A stretch of 64,000 bases of DNA, from NCBI GenBank assembly GCA_026196105.1, contig JAPHRK010000005.1, forward strand, positions 7,636 to 71,635, written 5' to 3'. Source of the stretch: Rhodospirillales bacterium. GTDB lineage: Bacteria > Pseudomonadota > Alphaproteobacteria > Rhodospirillales > JAPHRK01. This document shows positions 41,629-51,519 of this stretch, piece after piece. A program made the translations under genes and the position numbers. A model generated the notes under the pieces. That model saw nothing but the letters and a program-made list of their open reading frames with translations, was not told where the DNA came from and searched no databases. The first letter of the stretch is position 1. Each line of letters starts with the position of its first letter.

Positions 41629-42510
41629 ATGATTACATTTGATCTCCACTACCACACAAATACCTACAGGTCTTTGCAGTCCACGCGAAAACGGCGTTTA
41701 GAGAAGCATCGCCTTTTTTTGGAAAAAACTGGAGTGGATTATGTGGCGTCAACTGAACATGCCTATAAAAGACCCTTAGATGCTTTCCTCTATTTACGTG
41801 ATGCAACCCATAACATAAAAACTGAAATTCTTCCTGCTGTTGAGGCGATCTCTCAAGAGGGGATCGATATGATTTTCCTGTATGAGTCTGAAAAGGCGCT
41901 GACGGCTGCTATTCGGGATTTGAAACCTTTTTGCTGGTCGATATGGGATACAGCAACAATCGCTGCCCAAACCAATGCCATTTCTATTATTCCCCATCCT
42001 TTCACACCTGGACGCTCTGGAATTGTTGCGGGTATTGGGGTTGAGGGGTTTATGCAAATTCAGGCGCAATGTGATTATGTTGAAATCCATAATGGACTCA
42101 GCCTGTTTTTGATGGAAATTGCTGCCAAGAAACCTGATGCTTTTAAGGTGGAAAAGACAGCCGGAAATATTCAAAAAACTTTCAAGTTGCCAGAAGAATT
42201 CATTTTGGATGGTGTAGGACAAGCTATTAGCTCTGATGCCCACCACCCTGGTCATCAACGAATTGTTGGGCAAACCAGTGAGGTTATTAAGGACGGTGAT
42301 TGGTTTGGCTTTTTGAAAAACCGTGTGTGCTTTGAAGAAGCGGTGGTTTCAGAAGAACTTATGAGCAAAACCACCCAGCTCCGCCAACTTATGCAAAGTG
42401 GGCGCTGTGTGTTAGGCGAATATAGCCTCAAAACCATCAAGAAGGTAAAAACTCGCAGCCGCAAGCGTTCCCAAGAAGCCGCAGACCGTATTACCAAGAC
42501 CCAAGCTTAA
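41629..42510 (+). CDS. PHP-domain metal-dependent phosphoesterase
   Basis: DLHYHT, TEH, AVE, PHP, EIHNG, SDAHH metal-ligand motifs. Confidence 0.8.
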   Translation: MITFDLHYHTNTYRSLQSTRKRRLEKHRLFLEKTGVDYVASTEHAYKRPLDAFLYLRDATHNIKTEILPAVEAISQEGIDMIFLYESEKALTAAIRDLKPFCWSIWDTATIAAQTNAISIIPHPFTPGRSGIVAGIGVEGFMQIQAQCDYVEIHNGLSLFLMEIAAKKPDAFKVEKTAGNIQKTFKLPEEFILDGVGQAISSDAHHPGHQRIVGQTSEVIKDGDWFGFLKNRVCFEEAVVSEELMSKTTQLRQLMQSGRCVLGEYSLKTIKKVKTRSRKRSQEAADRITKTQA

Positions 42511-43091
42511 TCTTCTGGGCTAAGTGGTGCATCAATATCGTTAGGTTTTTCAACAAGACGATAGGTCAGCCAATATCCTAAAAAGCTAAAGCCCAAGCTA
42601 TAAGGTACACAGCCGATAACAATACTCCAACCGAATGTATTCCATAGGTTCTCGATAAGATCTAAAAGGGCATAGAGGGCATTGCCACCATTGGCGGCCA
42701 TGAGGGTGTCTAGTTGCGCGGTAAAAGCATCGAAACTCGTATGGTCACCAAAATCAAGTAACAGCATCTTGCCCGTTAAATGAAACATATAATACATGGG
42801 CAGCATGGTCGCTGGATTGGATATCCATGACCAAGCTATCGCCAGTACCAAATTAAAGCGCCAAAACCGTCGCACAGCTAACCAAATCAAGAAGATCAGG
42901 TACATTTGAAGTCCGACTGTTGGCGTCATCCCCATTAGGATTCCGATAGCGACTCCACGGGCAATAATTTCAGGCTGATCTCTGGCTCGTTTGATGGGGA
43001 TAATCAGGCGGTAATAAAATAGTCTGAGCAGTTTTGATCCGACACTTTCTTTGTTGCGTGCGTGTCTAACTTGGCGAAGCCACTGCTTCAT
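42507..43091 (-). CDS. DUF2062-domain membrane protein
   Basis: PEIIARGVAIG...PTVGLQ...WISNPAT...Y; RBS favours ATG 43091. Confidence 0.85.
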   Translation of the reverse strand: MKQWLRQVRHARNKESVGSKLLRLFYYRLIIPIKRARDQPEIIARGVAIGILMGMTPTVGLQMYLIFLIWLAVRRFWRFNLVLAIAWSWISNPATMLPMYYMFHLTGKMLLLDFGDHTSFDAFTAQLDTLMAANGGNALYALLDLIENLWNTFGWSIVIGCVPYSLGFSFLGYWLTYRLVEKPNDIDAPLSPED

Positions 43092-43258
43092 ATCATTCCA
43101 CCGTAAAAAAACGTCAAAAATTTTTAAGTCTAAGTTGTTAAGCAAACAAGAGGTTTCCTGTCAAACCCCAATCGACAACTAAAGTGCTGTTGATTTTTGC
43201 CAACGACGTGACCAAATCTAAAGAGTGTGAGCGAAACGCCAACAATGAGGTGGCGGGT

Positions 43259-43444
43259 ATGGCGGAAAAGTCTAAAGATACATCATTGCTTGAATATCTG
43301 GCGGAGCAAGCGCTGGAAGATATCAGACGTGCCCGGCAGTTTAAAAGATCACAATCAAATGAGCTGTTGAGAGAAGCTGAAGAGCTGTCTTTCTTGGTTT
43401 CAAAGCTTTTAGCGAAAAGAGATTCCCCCTCCCAAAGAGATTGA
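43259..43444 (+). CDS. Small hypothetical protein (61 aa)
   Basis: GAGGTGG RBS before ATG 43259; helical, charged sequence. Confidence 0.5.
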   Translation: MAEKSKDTSLLEYLAEQALEDIRRARQFKRSQSNELLREAEELSFLVSKLLAKRDSPSQRD

Positions 43445-43468
43445 GAAAGGGCGTAGGGCCTTATTAGG

Positions 43469-43648
43469 TTATGTGACCTTTACAACGATGGCGTCACTTC
43501 CTTCATAAAAATCGCATCTACCCATAGCGTTTATAGCGTGGCAGGGAGTTGTCTTCATAATGGATGTACCGTGTTGTTTGATAAACTCACAGGTGTTGCA
43601 GGCAGGTTGATCGCCACATTTAATGAATTTTGATTGCTGGGTAATCAT
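43469..43648 (-). CDS. Small Cys-rich protein, 59 aa (missing from the ORF track)
   Basis: Manual translation MITQQSKFIKCGDQPACNTCEFIKQHGTSIMKTTPCHAINAMGRCDFYEGSDAIVVKVT; GAGGG RBS upstream; fills an otherwise empty gap. Confidence 0.6.
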   Translation of the reverse strand: MITQQSKFIKCGDQPACNTCEFIKQHGTSIMKTTPCHAINAMGRCDFYEGSDAIVVKVT

Positions 43649-43799
43649 TTGAATTTTCCCTCAAATATAAAACCGTTTGTATCCGTTATTGGAACACTGA
43701 CATTTTCTTGATTTATTATAGAGATTCGTTGCAACGATATTGCTGTCTTACGACAATAATGTTACAAAAACATTAATGTACCCTTTTATGGAGAGCTTA

Positions 43800-44492
43800 A
43801 TGGCGCAACGGATCCTCATTGTTGAAGATGATGAAATGCTATTGGGCATGCTTGTAACTTTATTTGATCATTATGGATATAAGGTAGACCAAGCCATAAC
43901 GGGCTCAGAAGCCATGCGAAAAGTGGATACTGTTCCCCCTGATATGATTTTGCTCGATTTAGGGTTACCCGACGAAGATGGTTTGACTCTCATTCGAAAA
44001 TTCCGATCCCGCCATGAAATTCCGATAATTGTTTCCACGGCCCGTGAAGGGGTTGAGGACCGTCTTTCAGCATTAGAGATGGGCGTAGATGATTTTATTG
44101 TAAAACCATATGATCCTCGGGAATTGGTTTTAAGGGTGCGCAATGTATTTGCACGGGTGAAGACTGTTTCCACAGGAGGGGGCGAGAAGAAAATTATTGA
44201 GGCATCTGGCCTGGAATTAGATCTTTTTGCACATAGTGTCTCTACTCCAACTGGGACGGCTTACGACCTTCCTCCTTCAGAATTTCGCTTGTTATCAGCT
44301 TTGATAAATTCCCCTAACCGGGTGCTGTCACGAGATCAATTGCTTGATGCCATCACCACCGATAATGACCCACCCTCTGAACGCATTATCGATGTCTTGA
44401 TCAGTCGGCTACGCAAAAAGCTGGAAGAAACTCCCGCTAAGCCAACCAAGATCATCACCGTTCCTGGTTTTGGCTATAAGCTGGCTTCTTGA
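43800..44492 (+). CDS. Orphan OmpR-family response regulator
   Basis: VEDD, LLDLGLPDEDG, KPY, ERIIDVLISRLRKKLE, TVPGFGY; GGAG RBS before ATG 43800. Confidence 0.93.
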   Translation: MAQRILIVEDDEMLLGMLVTLFDHYGYKVDQAITGSEAMRKVDTVPPDMILLDLGLPDEDGLTLIRKFRSRHEIPIIVSTAREGVEDRLSALEMGVDDFIVKPYDPRELVLRVRNVFARVKTVSTGGGEKKIIEASGLELDLFAHSVSTPTGTAYDLPPSEFRLLSALINSPNRVLSRDQLLDAITTDNDPPSERIIDVLISRLRKKLEETPAKPTKIITVPGFGYKLAS

Positions 44493-44587
44493 GTTACTTA
44501 CGTTTAATCTTTGACCAAACTTTCGTTCAAACACCACTAAGTCTTACACCAAATGATTGGCGGGCTACCTTGTGGCCTTGGATTAAA

Positions 44588-46447
44588 TTACTCTTCGACA
44601 CCTAAGGGGCGACGCGCCATGGTCGGATCGCGAAAACCGCCTTGTGACGCACTTGTTGTTAGAGCAGCATAGGCTTCTAAGGCCCTGGTTACGGCGCGTT
44701 CTCGAGGTTGTGGCTTCCAGGCTTGATCTCCTTGCCCATTCATTGCCGCTCGCCGCGACGCTAATTGCTTGTCATCTAAGGCGAGGTTAATGCTGCGCTG
44801 AGATATACTAATTTCAATAGTATCACCTTCTTCAACAAGTCCTAATGCGCCACCTTCTGCAGCTTCGGGAGAAATATGCCCGATTGATAGCCCTGATGTT
44901 GCCCCAGAAAAACGGCCATCAGTTATCAAGGCACAAACCTTGTCGAGGCCAACGGATTTTAACATGCTGGTTGGCACCAACATCTCCTGCATACCTGGCC
45001 CTCCCCGAGGTCCTTCGTAACGAATGACGATTACATCTCCCGTGACAATATCGCCCCCAATAATGGCGTTTGCAGCACCGTCTTGGCTGTCAAATACTCG
45101 AGCCCGTCCAGTGAATTCCAAAATGCTGGCATCTACTCCCGCTGTTTTCACGATGCAGCCATCTTTTGCGATGTTGCCGTAAAGGACTGCCAAACCACCA
45201 TCTTGGCTGTAGGCGTGTTCAATATCTCGGATACAGCCGTTTTCACGGTCTAAATCGAGATTTGGATAATGAGCGTTTTGGCTAAAGGAGCTTAAGCTAA
45301 ATTTCCCTCCTGGAGCGGTAAGGTAGAAATCAGTGATTGACGCTTCTGAGTTTCGCCGAGCGTCCCATTGGTTCAACCGTTCTTCTAAGCTCAAACCTTC
45401 AACAGATTTTGTTGAAAGATCAAGAAGGTCTCCTCGCTCCAATTCGCCCATCAGTCCCATAATCCCGCCAGCACGATGGACATCCTCTAAATGGTACTGA
45501 GGGACAGATGGAGAGACTTTGCACAGATTGGGGACTTTGCGGGATAGTCGATCAATATCAGAAAGAGTGAAGTCAACTTCACCTTCGCGGGCCATGGCGA
45601 GAATATGAAGGATGGTATTGGTTGACCCTCCCATAGCGATATCAACAGTCATGGCATTTTTAAAAGCATTTCGATTGGCAATAGAACGAGGTAATACGGA
45701 GCTATCATCTTGTTCATAAAAAGCTTTCGCCATCTCTACGATACGTTTTCCTGCGGTATTAAACAGTTCGCGTCGCTTGACGTGGGTCGCTAAAATACTA
45801 CCATTTCCCGGTAGAGCCAGCCCAATGGCTTCCGCCAAGCAGTTCATAGAATTTGCCGTGAACATGCCGGAGCATGATCCGCAAGTGGGACAAGAGGCTC
45901 GACTGATATCCTCTTTCTGCTCATCGCTTAAGTTGGGGTCATTATCAGCGACCAATGCTGAAACCGCACTTACAACCATGGTTTCCCCATTGACCTCAAC
46001 TTTACCGGCCTCCATGGGACCCCCGGAAATAATGATAGCTGGGATATTGGTGCGCAACATCGCCATCATCATGCCGGGGGTGATTTTATCGCAGTTGGTG
46101 ATGCAAAGCAGAGCGTCGGCACAATGAGCATTGACCATATATTCAACTGAATCAGCGATTAAATCTCGAGAGGGGAGGCTGTAAAGCATACCGTCGTGGC
46201 CCATGGCGAGACCATCGTCGACAGCAATGGTGTTAAATTCTTTGGCAATGCCTCCGGCTTTAGCTATCTCCTCAGCAACCAAACTACCAAGGTCTTTGAG
46301 GTGGACATGGCCTGGGACAAATTGAGTAAATGAATTAGAGATGGCAATAATCGGTTTGCCGAAATCATCGTCCTTTGTCCCCGTTGCTCGCCAAAGGGCC
46401 CGTGCACCCATGCTTTTGGTGTTTTTCTGGGACCGATAGTTAGGCAT
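44588..46447 (-). CDS. ilvD: Dihydroxy-acid dehydratase (IlvD family)
   Basis: [65 protein letters not shown]. Confidence 0.9.
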   Translation of the reverse strand: MPNYRSQKNTKSMGARALWRATGTKDDDFGKPIIAISNSFTQFVPGHVHLKDLGSLVAEEIAKAGGIAKEFNTIAVDDGLAMGHDGMLYSLPSRDLIADSVEYMVNAHCADALLCITNCDKITPGMMMAMLRTNIPAIIISGGPMEAGKVEVNGETMVVSAVSALVADNDPNLSDEQKEDISRASCPTCGSCSGMFTANSMNCLAEAIGLALPGNGSILATHVKRRELFNTAGKRIVEMAKAFYEQDDSSVLPRSIANRNAFKNAMTVDIAMGGSTNTILHILAMAREGEVDFTLSDIDRLSRKVPNLCKVSPSVPQYHLEDVHRAGGIMGLMGELERGDLLDLSTKSVEGLSLEERLNQWDARRNSEASITDFYLTAPGGKFSLSSFSQNAHYPNLDLDRENGCIRDIEHAYSQDGGLAVLYGNIAKDGCIVKTAGVDASILEFTGRARVFDSQDGAANAIIGGDIVTGDVIVIRYEGPRGGPGMQEMLVPTSMLKSVGLDKVCALITDGRFSGATSGLSIGHISPEAAEGGALGLVEEGDTIEISISQRSINLALDDKQLASRRAAMNGQGDQAWKPQPRERAVTRALEAYAALTTSASQGGFRDPTMARRPLGVEE

Positions 46448-46527
46448 GAGGACTCCTATATACTTATTTGGTTTATCTGGAGCTTAGGGGGCTAGCGTTA
46501 ATCAGTCCACTCCTTTACATTTCGCCC

Positions 46528-48078
46528 ATGGGGTTGATGAAATCGATAGCCACAGTGGGTGGCATGACGATGACAAGTCGGGTTTTAGGGTTCGTGCGTG
46601 ACATTTTGGTCGCGGCATCCCTTGGAGCTGGCCCCATTGCTGATGCCTTCTTTATCGCTTTTAAAATCCCTAACCTTTTTCGGCGCCTCTTTGCTGAAGG
46701 GGCGTTTAATGCGGCCTTTGTCCCTCTCTTTGCTGGTAAGTTAGAAAAAGATGGTCAGGGGGAGGCACAAGCGTTTGCTAATCAGGCTTTTGCCTTCTTG
46801 TTCTGGACTCTGCTTGGCATGCTCATCATCATGGAACTGGGCATGCCCTGGATCATGATGGGTTTTGCACCGGGATTTATGGAAGACCCTGAAAAGTTTG
46901 ACCTCGCGGTTCTCTTCACCCGAATCACTTTTCCTTATTTGCTGTTTATTTCCCTGGTTTCCCTCATGGGAGGGATACTGAATTCCTTGGGGAAATTTGC
47001 TGCTGCGGCCGCCACCCCCGTTTTGCTTAATATCTGTTTGATCGCCGCAATTTTGGTAGTGGCTCCAAGCTTACCCTCCCCCGGACATGCTTTGTCTTGG
47101 GGTGTTTGTATCGCGGGTGTGATTCAATTTATCTGGCTTGCTTGGCACTGTCACCGAGAAGGCATGTTGCCCAGCTTTGGTTTACCGCGCTTGAATAAGG
47201 CGGTCAAAACCCTAATCCGGCGGATCATTCCTGGCGCTATTGGGGCGGGGATTTATCAAGTGAATTTAGTGGTTGATATGATCATCGCTTCTTTGCTCCC
47301 CACGGGCTCAATCTCTTATCTTTTCTTTGCCGATCGAGTGACCCAACTGCCACTCGGTGTAGTGGGTGTTGCGGTTGGAACAGCCTTGCTGCCTTTGCTT
47401 TCACGACAGCTACGAGCTAATGACGAAGCGGGAGCCAGTTATAGCCAAAACCGCGCCTTGGAATTTACTTTATTCTTAACAATCCCTGCTGCGGTGGCTT
47501 TCGCCATTATTCCAGAGCCCATTATAGTCACCCTGTTCCAGCGCAATGAATTCACCGAGGTTGCCGCTAGCGCAACCGCTGCCGCCTTGATGGTTTATGC
47601 TTTTGGTCTTCCAGCTTATGTGCTCATCAAAGGACTAACGCCTGGCTTCTTTGCCCGAGGAGACACCAAAACACCCATGTATATCGCCGCTGTTTCCATG
47701 GTGGTGAATGTGGTCTTTAACTTGATCTTGATGGGGCCATTCCTACATGTGGGTTTGGCGATGGCGACGGTCATATCGGCCTGGACCAACACGATCCTAC
47801 TGGCTGTGGTTTTGAGAAAACGTAACCAGTTGAGCCTGGACCAACGTTTCTTGAGCCGCCTTCCTCGAACATTGCTTGCTTCAGCCCTGATGGGGGGAGC
47901 ATTGTGGATGACAAAAATCCAGCTTGAAGGATGGTTGTCTGGTGGGCAAATGGAGCGGATTTATGCCTTAATCATTCTCATATTCACTGGATTGATAGTC
48001 TATTTTATTGCCGCTCAGTTGGTGGGGGCAGCAAGGCTTTCTGACCTAAAAGGCATGATGAAACGTAAGGCCACTTGA
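46528..48078 (+). CDS. murJ: Lipid II flippase MurJ
   Basis: SRVLGFVRD, AFKIPNLFRRLFAEGAF, ADRVTQLPLG; upstream of trpS; start probably ATG 46528. Confidence 0.96.
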   Translation: MGLMKSIATVGGMTMTSRVLGFVRDILVAASLGAGPIADAFFIAFKIPNLFRRLFAEGAFNAAFVPLFAGKLEKDGQGEAQAFANQAFAFLFWTLLGMLIIMELGMPWIMMGFAPGFMEDPEKFDLAVLFTRITFPYLLFISLVSLMGGILNSLGKFAAAAATPVLLNICLIAAILVVAPSLPSPGHALSWGVCIAGVIQFIWLAWHCHREGMLPSFGLPRLNKAVKTLIRRIIPGAIGAGIYQVNLVVDMIIASLLPTGSISYLFFADRVTQLPLGVVGVAVGTALLPLLSRQLRANDEAGASYSQNRALEFTLFLTIPAAVAFAIIPEPIIVTLFQRNEFTEVAASATAAALMVYAFGLPAYVLIKGLTPGFFARGDTKTPMYIAAVSMVVNVVFNLILMGPFLHVGLAMATVISAWTNTILLAVVLRKRNQLSLDQRFLSRLPRTLLASALMGGALWMTKIQLEGWLSGGQMERIYALIILIFTGLIVYFIAAQLVGAARLSDLKGMMKRKAT

Positions 48079-48173
48079 CCCCCCAATAAGAAGGCTCCAT
48101 AAAGCTCCCGAATTTACTATCCGGCGTGGTCCAACATGGCCGGATTTCATTGTTTTTAAAAGGGTCCAAACCT

Positions 48174-49172
48174 ATGAATAGAATCTTCTCTGGCGTTCAG
48201 CCAACCGGTAACCTCCATCTTGGGAACTATCTAGGCGCAATTCGCAATTGGGTGAAATTGCAAGATGATTACGAGTGCATTTTTTGTGTGGTCGATATGC
48301 ACGCGATTACCGTGTGGCAAGACCCTCAGCAGCTAATCGCGAATACCCGTGAAGTTGCAGCCGCTATGATCGCCTCTGGCGTTGACCCCAAAAAGAACAT
48401 TATTTTCAACCAATCCATGGTTCCTGGTCATGCTGAACTAGCGTGGATTTTTAATTGCGTTGCGCGTCTTGGTTGGCTCAATCGTATGACCCAGTTTAAG
48501 GAAAAGGCCGGAAGTAACCGGGAGAAAGCTTCTGTTGGTTTGTACTCATATCCTAACCTTATGGCTGCAGATATTATGCTTTATAAAGCCACCCATGTGC
48601 CTGTGGGTGAGGATCAGAAGCAGCACTTAGAGTTGACCCGAGATGTGGCTCAGAAGTTTAATAATGACTTCAAAAACGACTTTTTCCCTATTGTTGAGCC
48701 TTTGATCTTTGGTGAAGCAACTCGGGTTATGAGCTTGCGTGATGGCTCTAAAAAGATGAGTAAATCTGACCCATCAGCAGCGTCACGGATTGTCATGACC
48801 GATGGCCCAGATGAGATCGCCAAAAAAATCCGCAAAGCAAAAACTGATGCTCACCCAATCCCTGAAAACAAAGAAGGATTGGACGGACGCCCTGATGCTG
48901 CAAACCTCATGGGGATTTTTGCTGCTCTTTCTGATCGGAATGTGGATTCGATTTGTGGTGAATACGGCGGAAGCCAGTTCTCAACATTTAAACAGGCCTT
49001 GTCTGATTTAGCTGTTGAGAAACTGGGACCAATTGGCTCAGAGATGCAACGCCTGATGGCTGATTCTTCAAGCATTGATGCGGTTTTACACGATGGCGCA
49101 GAGCAAGCCAGAGCCATTTCGGAGCCAATCCTGAATGACATTAAAGATATCGTAGGCTTCTTGAGACCTTAA
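48174..49172 (+). CDS. trpS: Tryptophan--tRNA ligase
   Basis: [34 protein letters not shown]. Confidence 0.98.
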   Translation: MNRIFSGVQPTGNLHLGNYLGAIRNWVKLQDDYECIFCVVDMHAITVWQDPQQLIANTREVAAAMIASGVDPKKNIIFNQSMVPGHAELAWIFNCVARLGWLNRMTQFKEKAGSNREKASVGLYSYPNLMAADIMLYKATHVPVGEDQKQHLELTRDVAQKFNNDFKNDFFPIVEPLIFGEATRVMSLRDGSKKMSKSDPSAASRIVMTDGPDEIAKKIRKAKTDAHPIPENKEGLDGRPDAANLMGIFAALSDRNVDSICGEYGGSQFSTFKQALSDLAVEKLGPIGSEMQRLMADSSSIDAVLHDGAEQARAISEPILNDIKDIVGFLRP

Positions 49173-49204
49173 TTGATACTCGTTGACATAGAGGATAGCT
49201 GCAG

Positions 49205-50008
49205 ATGACAAAGCTTTTTGCCAGTTTCTTGAACGCCATTATTGGAATTGTGATAGCTATCCTCCCGCGATGGAAGCGCCTAACAGTTCGAGCGCGTCTT
49301 TTTGATAAGCTGCAAACATTTGAGACCGTTCAAATTGGTGATAAAACTTTGCAACTTTTCATCCCAGACCGCACCTGTGTTTATTGGGCTAAGAGCGGAC
49401 CTAATAGTGAACCTACGACCAATGCCTGGATCAAGTCATTTGCTCCAGAAGATACCTTTCTCGATATCGGTGCCAATATTGGGCTTTATTCCATGATGGC
49501 AGCGGCTCATGGGGTAACGCGCGTTTACGCGATAGAGCCCAACCCGTTCTCTTTCTCAGTCTTAGCCCGTAATATTGTCGCCAATAAACTTGATACTGTA
49601 ATTTCCCCTTTATGTCTTGCCATGAGTGAAGGCTCGTCCGTCGTTACCTTTAAACTCGGTAGCCTCCATGCGGGGTCGATCTATAATGAAATTATGACGG
49701 ATGAAAGTACTGCTGGGGGGATGTCAATTACGACAACGTCGTTTTCAGTAGATGAATTATTTAAGATTCAAGGGATGTCTGAGGTAAATCATCTAAAAAT
49801 TGACGTAGATGGTCTTGAACTCCAAATTTTGCGTGGGGCAACTAAAACTTTATCGGATAAAGCTCTTAAAACGGTTCTGGTTGAAGACAATTCTGAAGAT
49901 AAAAATTCTGCCTCAAAACTAATATCCTTCTTAGGGCGATTTGATTTTGTCCAGTCTGATGCTTGGGGTAAGGATGGTACTGATAATAAAATATTTATAC
50001 GTGACTAA
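49205..50008 (+). CDS. FkbM-family methyltransferase
   Basis: FLDIGANIGLYS, AIEPNP, HLKIDVDGLELQILRG. Confidence 0.9.
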   Translation: MTKLFASFLNAIIGIVIAILPRWKRLTVRARLFDKLQTFETVQIGDKTLQLFIPDRTCVYWAKSGPNSEPTTNAWIKSFAPEDTFLDIGANIGLYSMMAAAHGVTRVYAIEPNPFSFSVLARNIVANKLDTVISPLCLAMSEGSSVVTFKLGSLHAGSIYNEIMTDESTAGGMSITTTSFSVDELFKIQGMSEVNHLKIDVDGLELQILRGATKTLSDKALKTVLVEDNSEDKNSASKLISFLGRFDFVQSDAWGKDGTDNKIFIRD

Positions 50009-50013
50009 AAGTT

Positions 50014-50160
50014 TTATTCAGCCGTTAATAATGTTGTCGGTTTTTCATTTGAATGCTCAATGAACTCAACAACCATAGTTTTGATATCATCGATGATTTT
50101 TTGGGTTTCACGATCACTAAAAGCGCCTTGAAAATTCGCAACTCTATTTCCAATACTCAT
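50014..50160 (-). CDS. Possible small protein, 48 aa (missing from the ORF track)
   Basis: Manual translation MSIGNRVANFQGAFSDRETQKIIDDIKTMVVEFIEHSNEKPTTLLTAE; purine-rich GGGTGGGA upstream. Confidence 0.35.
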   Translation of the reverse strand: MSIGNRVANFQGAFSDRETQKIIDDIKTMVVEFIEHSNEKPTTLLTAE

Positions 50161-50271
50161 TATTCCCACCCATAGAATATTACTAAATCTATGGATTAAC
50201 CCTATTGTATAAAAGTATAGTTCGCTACACCCATTTGGGGATATAGGGTAAGGAATGCTTGGGCTTATTTC

Positions 50272-51507
50272 TTATTTGCAGGGAAAGAGCACAGAAAATG
50301 TACTTCCTTCCCCAACGTTACTCTCAATATTTAGGGCTCCGCGATGGCGGTTTACGATGTGCTTTACAATTGCAAGACCGAGCCCAGTTCCGCCTAAATT
50401 CCTAGAGCGTGCCTTATCAACACGATAAAATCTTTCAGTTAATCGGACTAAGTGATCTGGAGTGATCCCCTCGCCCTTGTCTTCCACAGATACCTGAATG
50501 CCCCCACCCATATGGTCAGGAATTTTTTCAATAGCTTTTGCTGTGATGGTTACTGGGGTGCCCTTTTCACCATAGTTAAGAGCATTGGCAATGAGATTGG
50601 TGAAAACTTGGGTGACTTCGTCGTTATCTCCAATGATTGTCGATAAGTTTTGGGGAATATGGATCGAAAAGGACATTTCTTTTTGAGCGGCTTTTCTGTC
50701 TAAAGTTTCTACAACGCCTTCAATAACACTTTCCAGGTCAACCTTTTCATTAGGCCTGACATGTTCGTTGACTTCGATTTTAGAAAGGGAGAGTAAATCT
50801 TCAATTAGGCGAGTCATTCGACCTGCTTCAGCCGACATGATGTTTAGAAACCGCTCTTGGGCTTCAGTGTCTTGGCTGGCTTCCCCTTGCAGGGTTTCGA
50901 TAAAGCCAACCAGGGCCGATAAAGGGGTGCGGAGTTCATGGCTGACATTTGCAACAAAATCGGCACGTAAATTTTCAGCGACTTTTACGATGGTGAGGTC
51001 ATGAAGGGTAAGCAGAGCATTGCCAATTTTCCCTTTGATGTCCCCGACAGGGACGACATTAACTAAATAGGTGCGCTCAACTTTACCCGGCAGGACGGCT
51101 TCAAAAGAAGCTTCCGTCCCAGCGCTTAGTGTATCAGAAACTGCGCTTAGAATTTCAGGATGACGAATGGCATAACCTAAATCTCTTGTTTCTGTTGCTT
51201 CGCCAAACTCTTCCCGAGCGGCTTTGTTGGCAATTTTAACTTTCCGGCTACCGTCTAAGAGCAAAACAGGTAGGGGAATGCTTTCTAAAAGATGATTGTC
51301 TAGATTAGGGGCAGGTTTGTTTTTCTCAGTTTTTTCTTGAGGTTTTAGTCGTTTGGTCTCTTGGCCAAGCCAAAGTCCACCAACTAAAAACCCCAAACCA
51401 ACCATAGTGGCTGGTCCAGGGTCGAGAAGACCTGAAAAGGTAAAAGCTACCAGAACAAAAAAACCCGGCATCAGGGCGATTAATATAATTCTTTTATTAC
51501 CGCCCAT
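50272..51507 (-). CDS. phoR: Phosphate regulon sensor kinase PhoR-like
   Basis: TM, PAS, RADFVANVSHELRTPL, RLTERFYRVDKARSR..GGTGLGLAIVKHI..RH. Confidence 0.8.
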   Translation of the reverse strand: MGGNKRIILIALMPGFFVLVAFTFSGLLDPGPATMVGLGFLVGGLWLGQETKRLKPQEKTEKNKPAPNLDNHLLESIPLPVLLLDGSRKVKIANKAAREEFGEATETRDLGYAIRHPEILSAVSDTLSAGTEASFEAVLPGKVERTYLVNVVPVGDIKGKIGNALLTLHDLTIVKVAENLRADFVANVSHELRTPLSALVGFIETLQGEASQDTEAQERFLNIMSAEAGRMTRLIEDLLSLSKIEVNEHVRPNEKVDLESVIEGVVETLDRKAAQKEMSFSIHIPQNLSTIIGDNDEVTQVFTNLIANALNYGEKGTPVTITAKAIEKIPDHMGGGIQVSVEDKGEGITPDHLVRLTERFYRVDKARSRNLGGTGLGLAIVKHIVNRHRGALNIESNVGEGSTFSVLFPCK

Positions 51508-51519
51508 TGCTTATTGCCT

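Noticed and set aside
43469-43648. HiPIP assignment for the Cys-rich small protein
   Set aside because: Superficial CxxC...C...C similarity, but no export signal, an extra Cys and short spacing between the last two Cys
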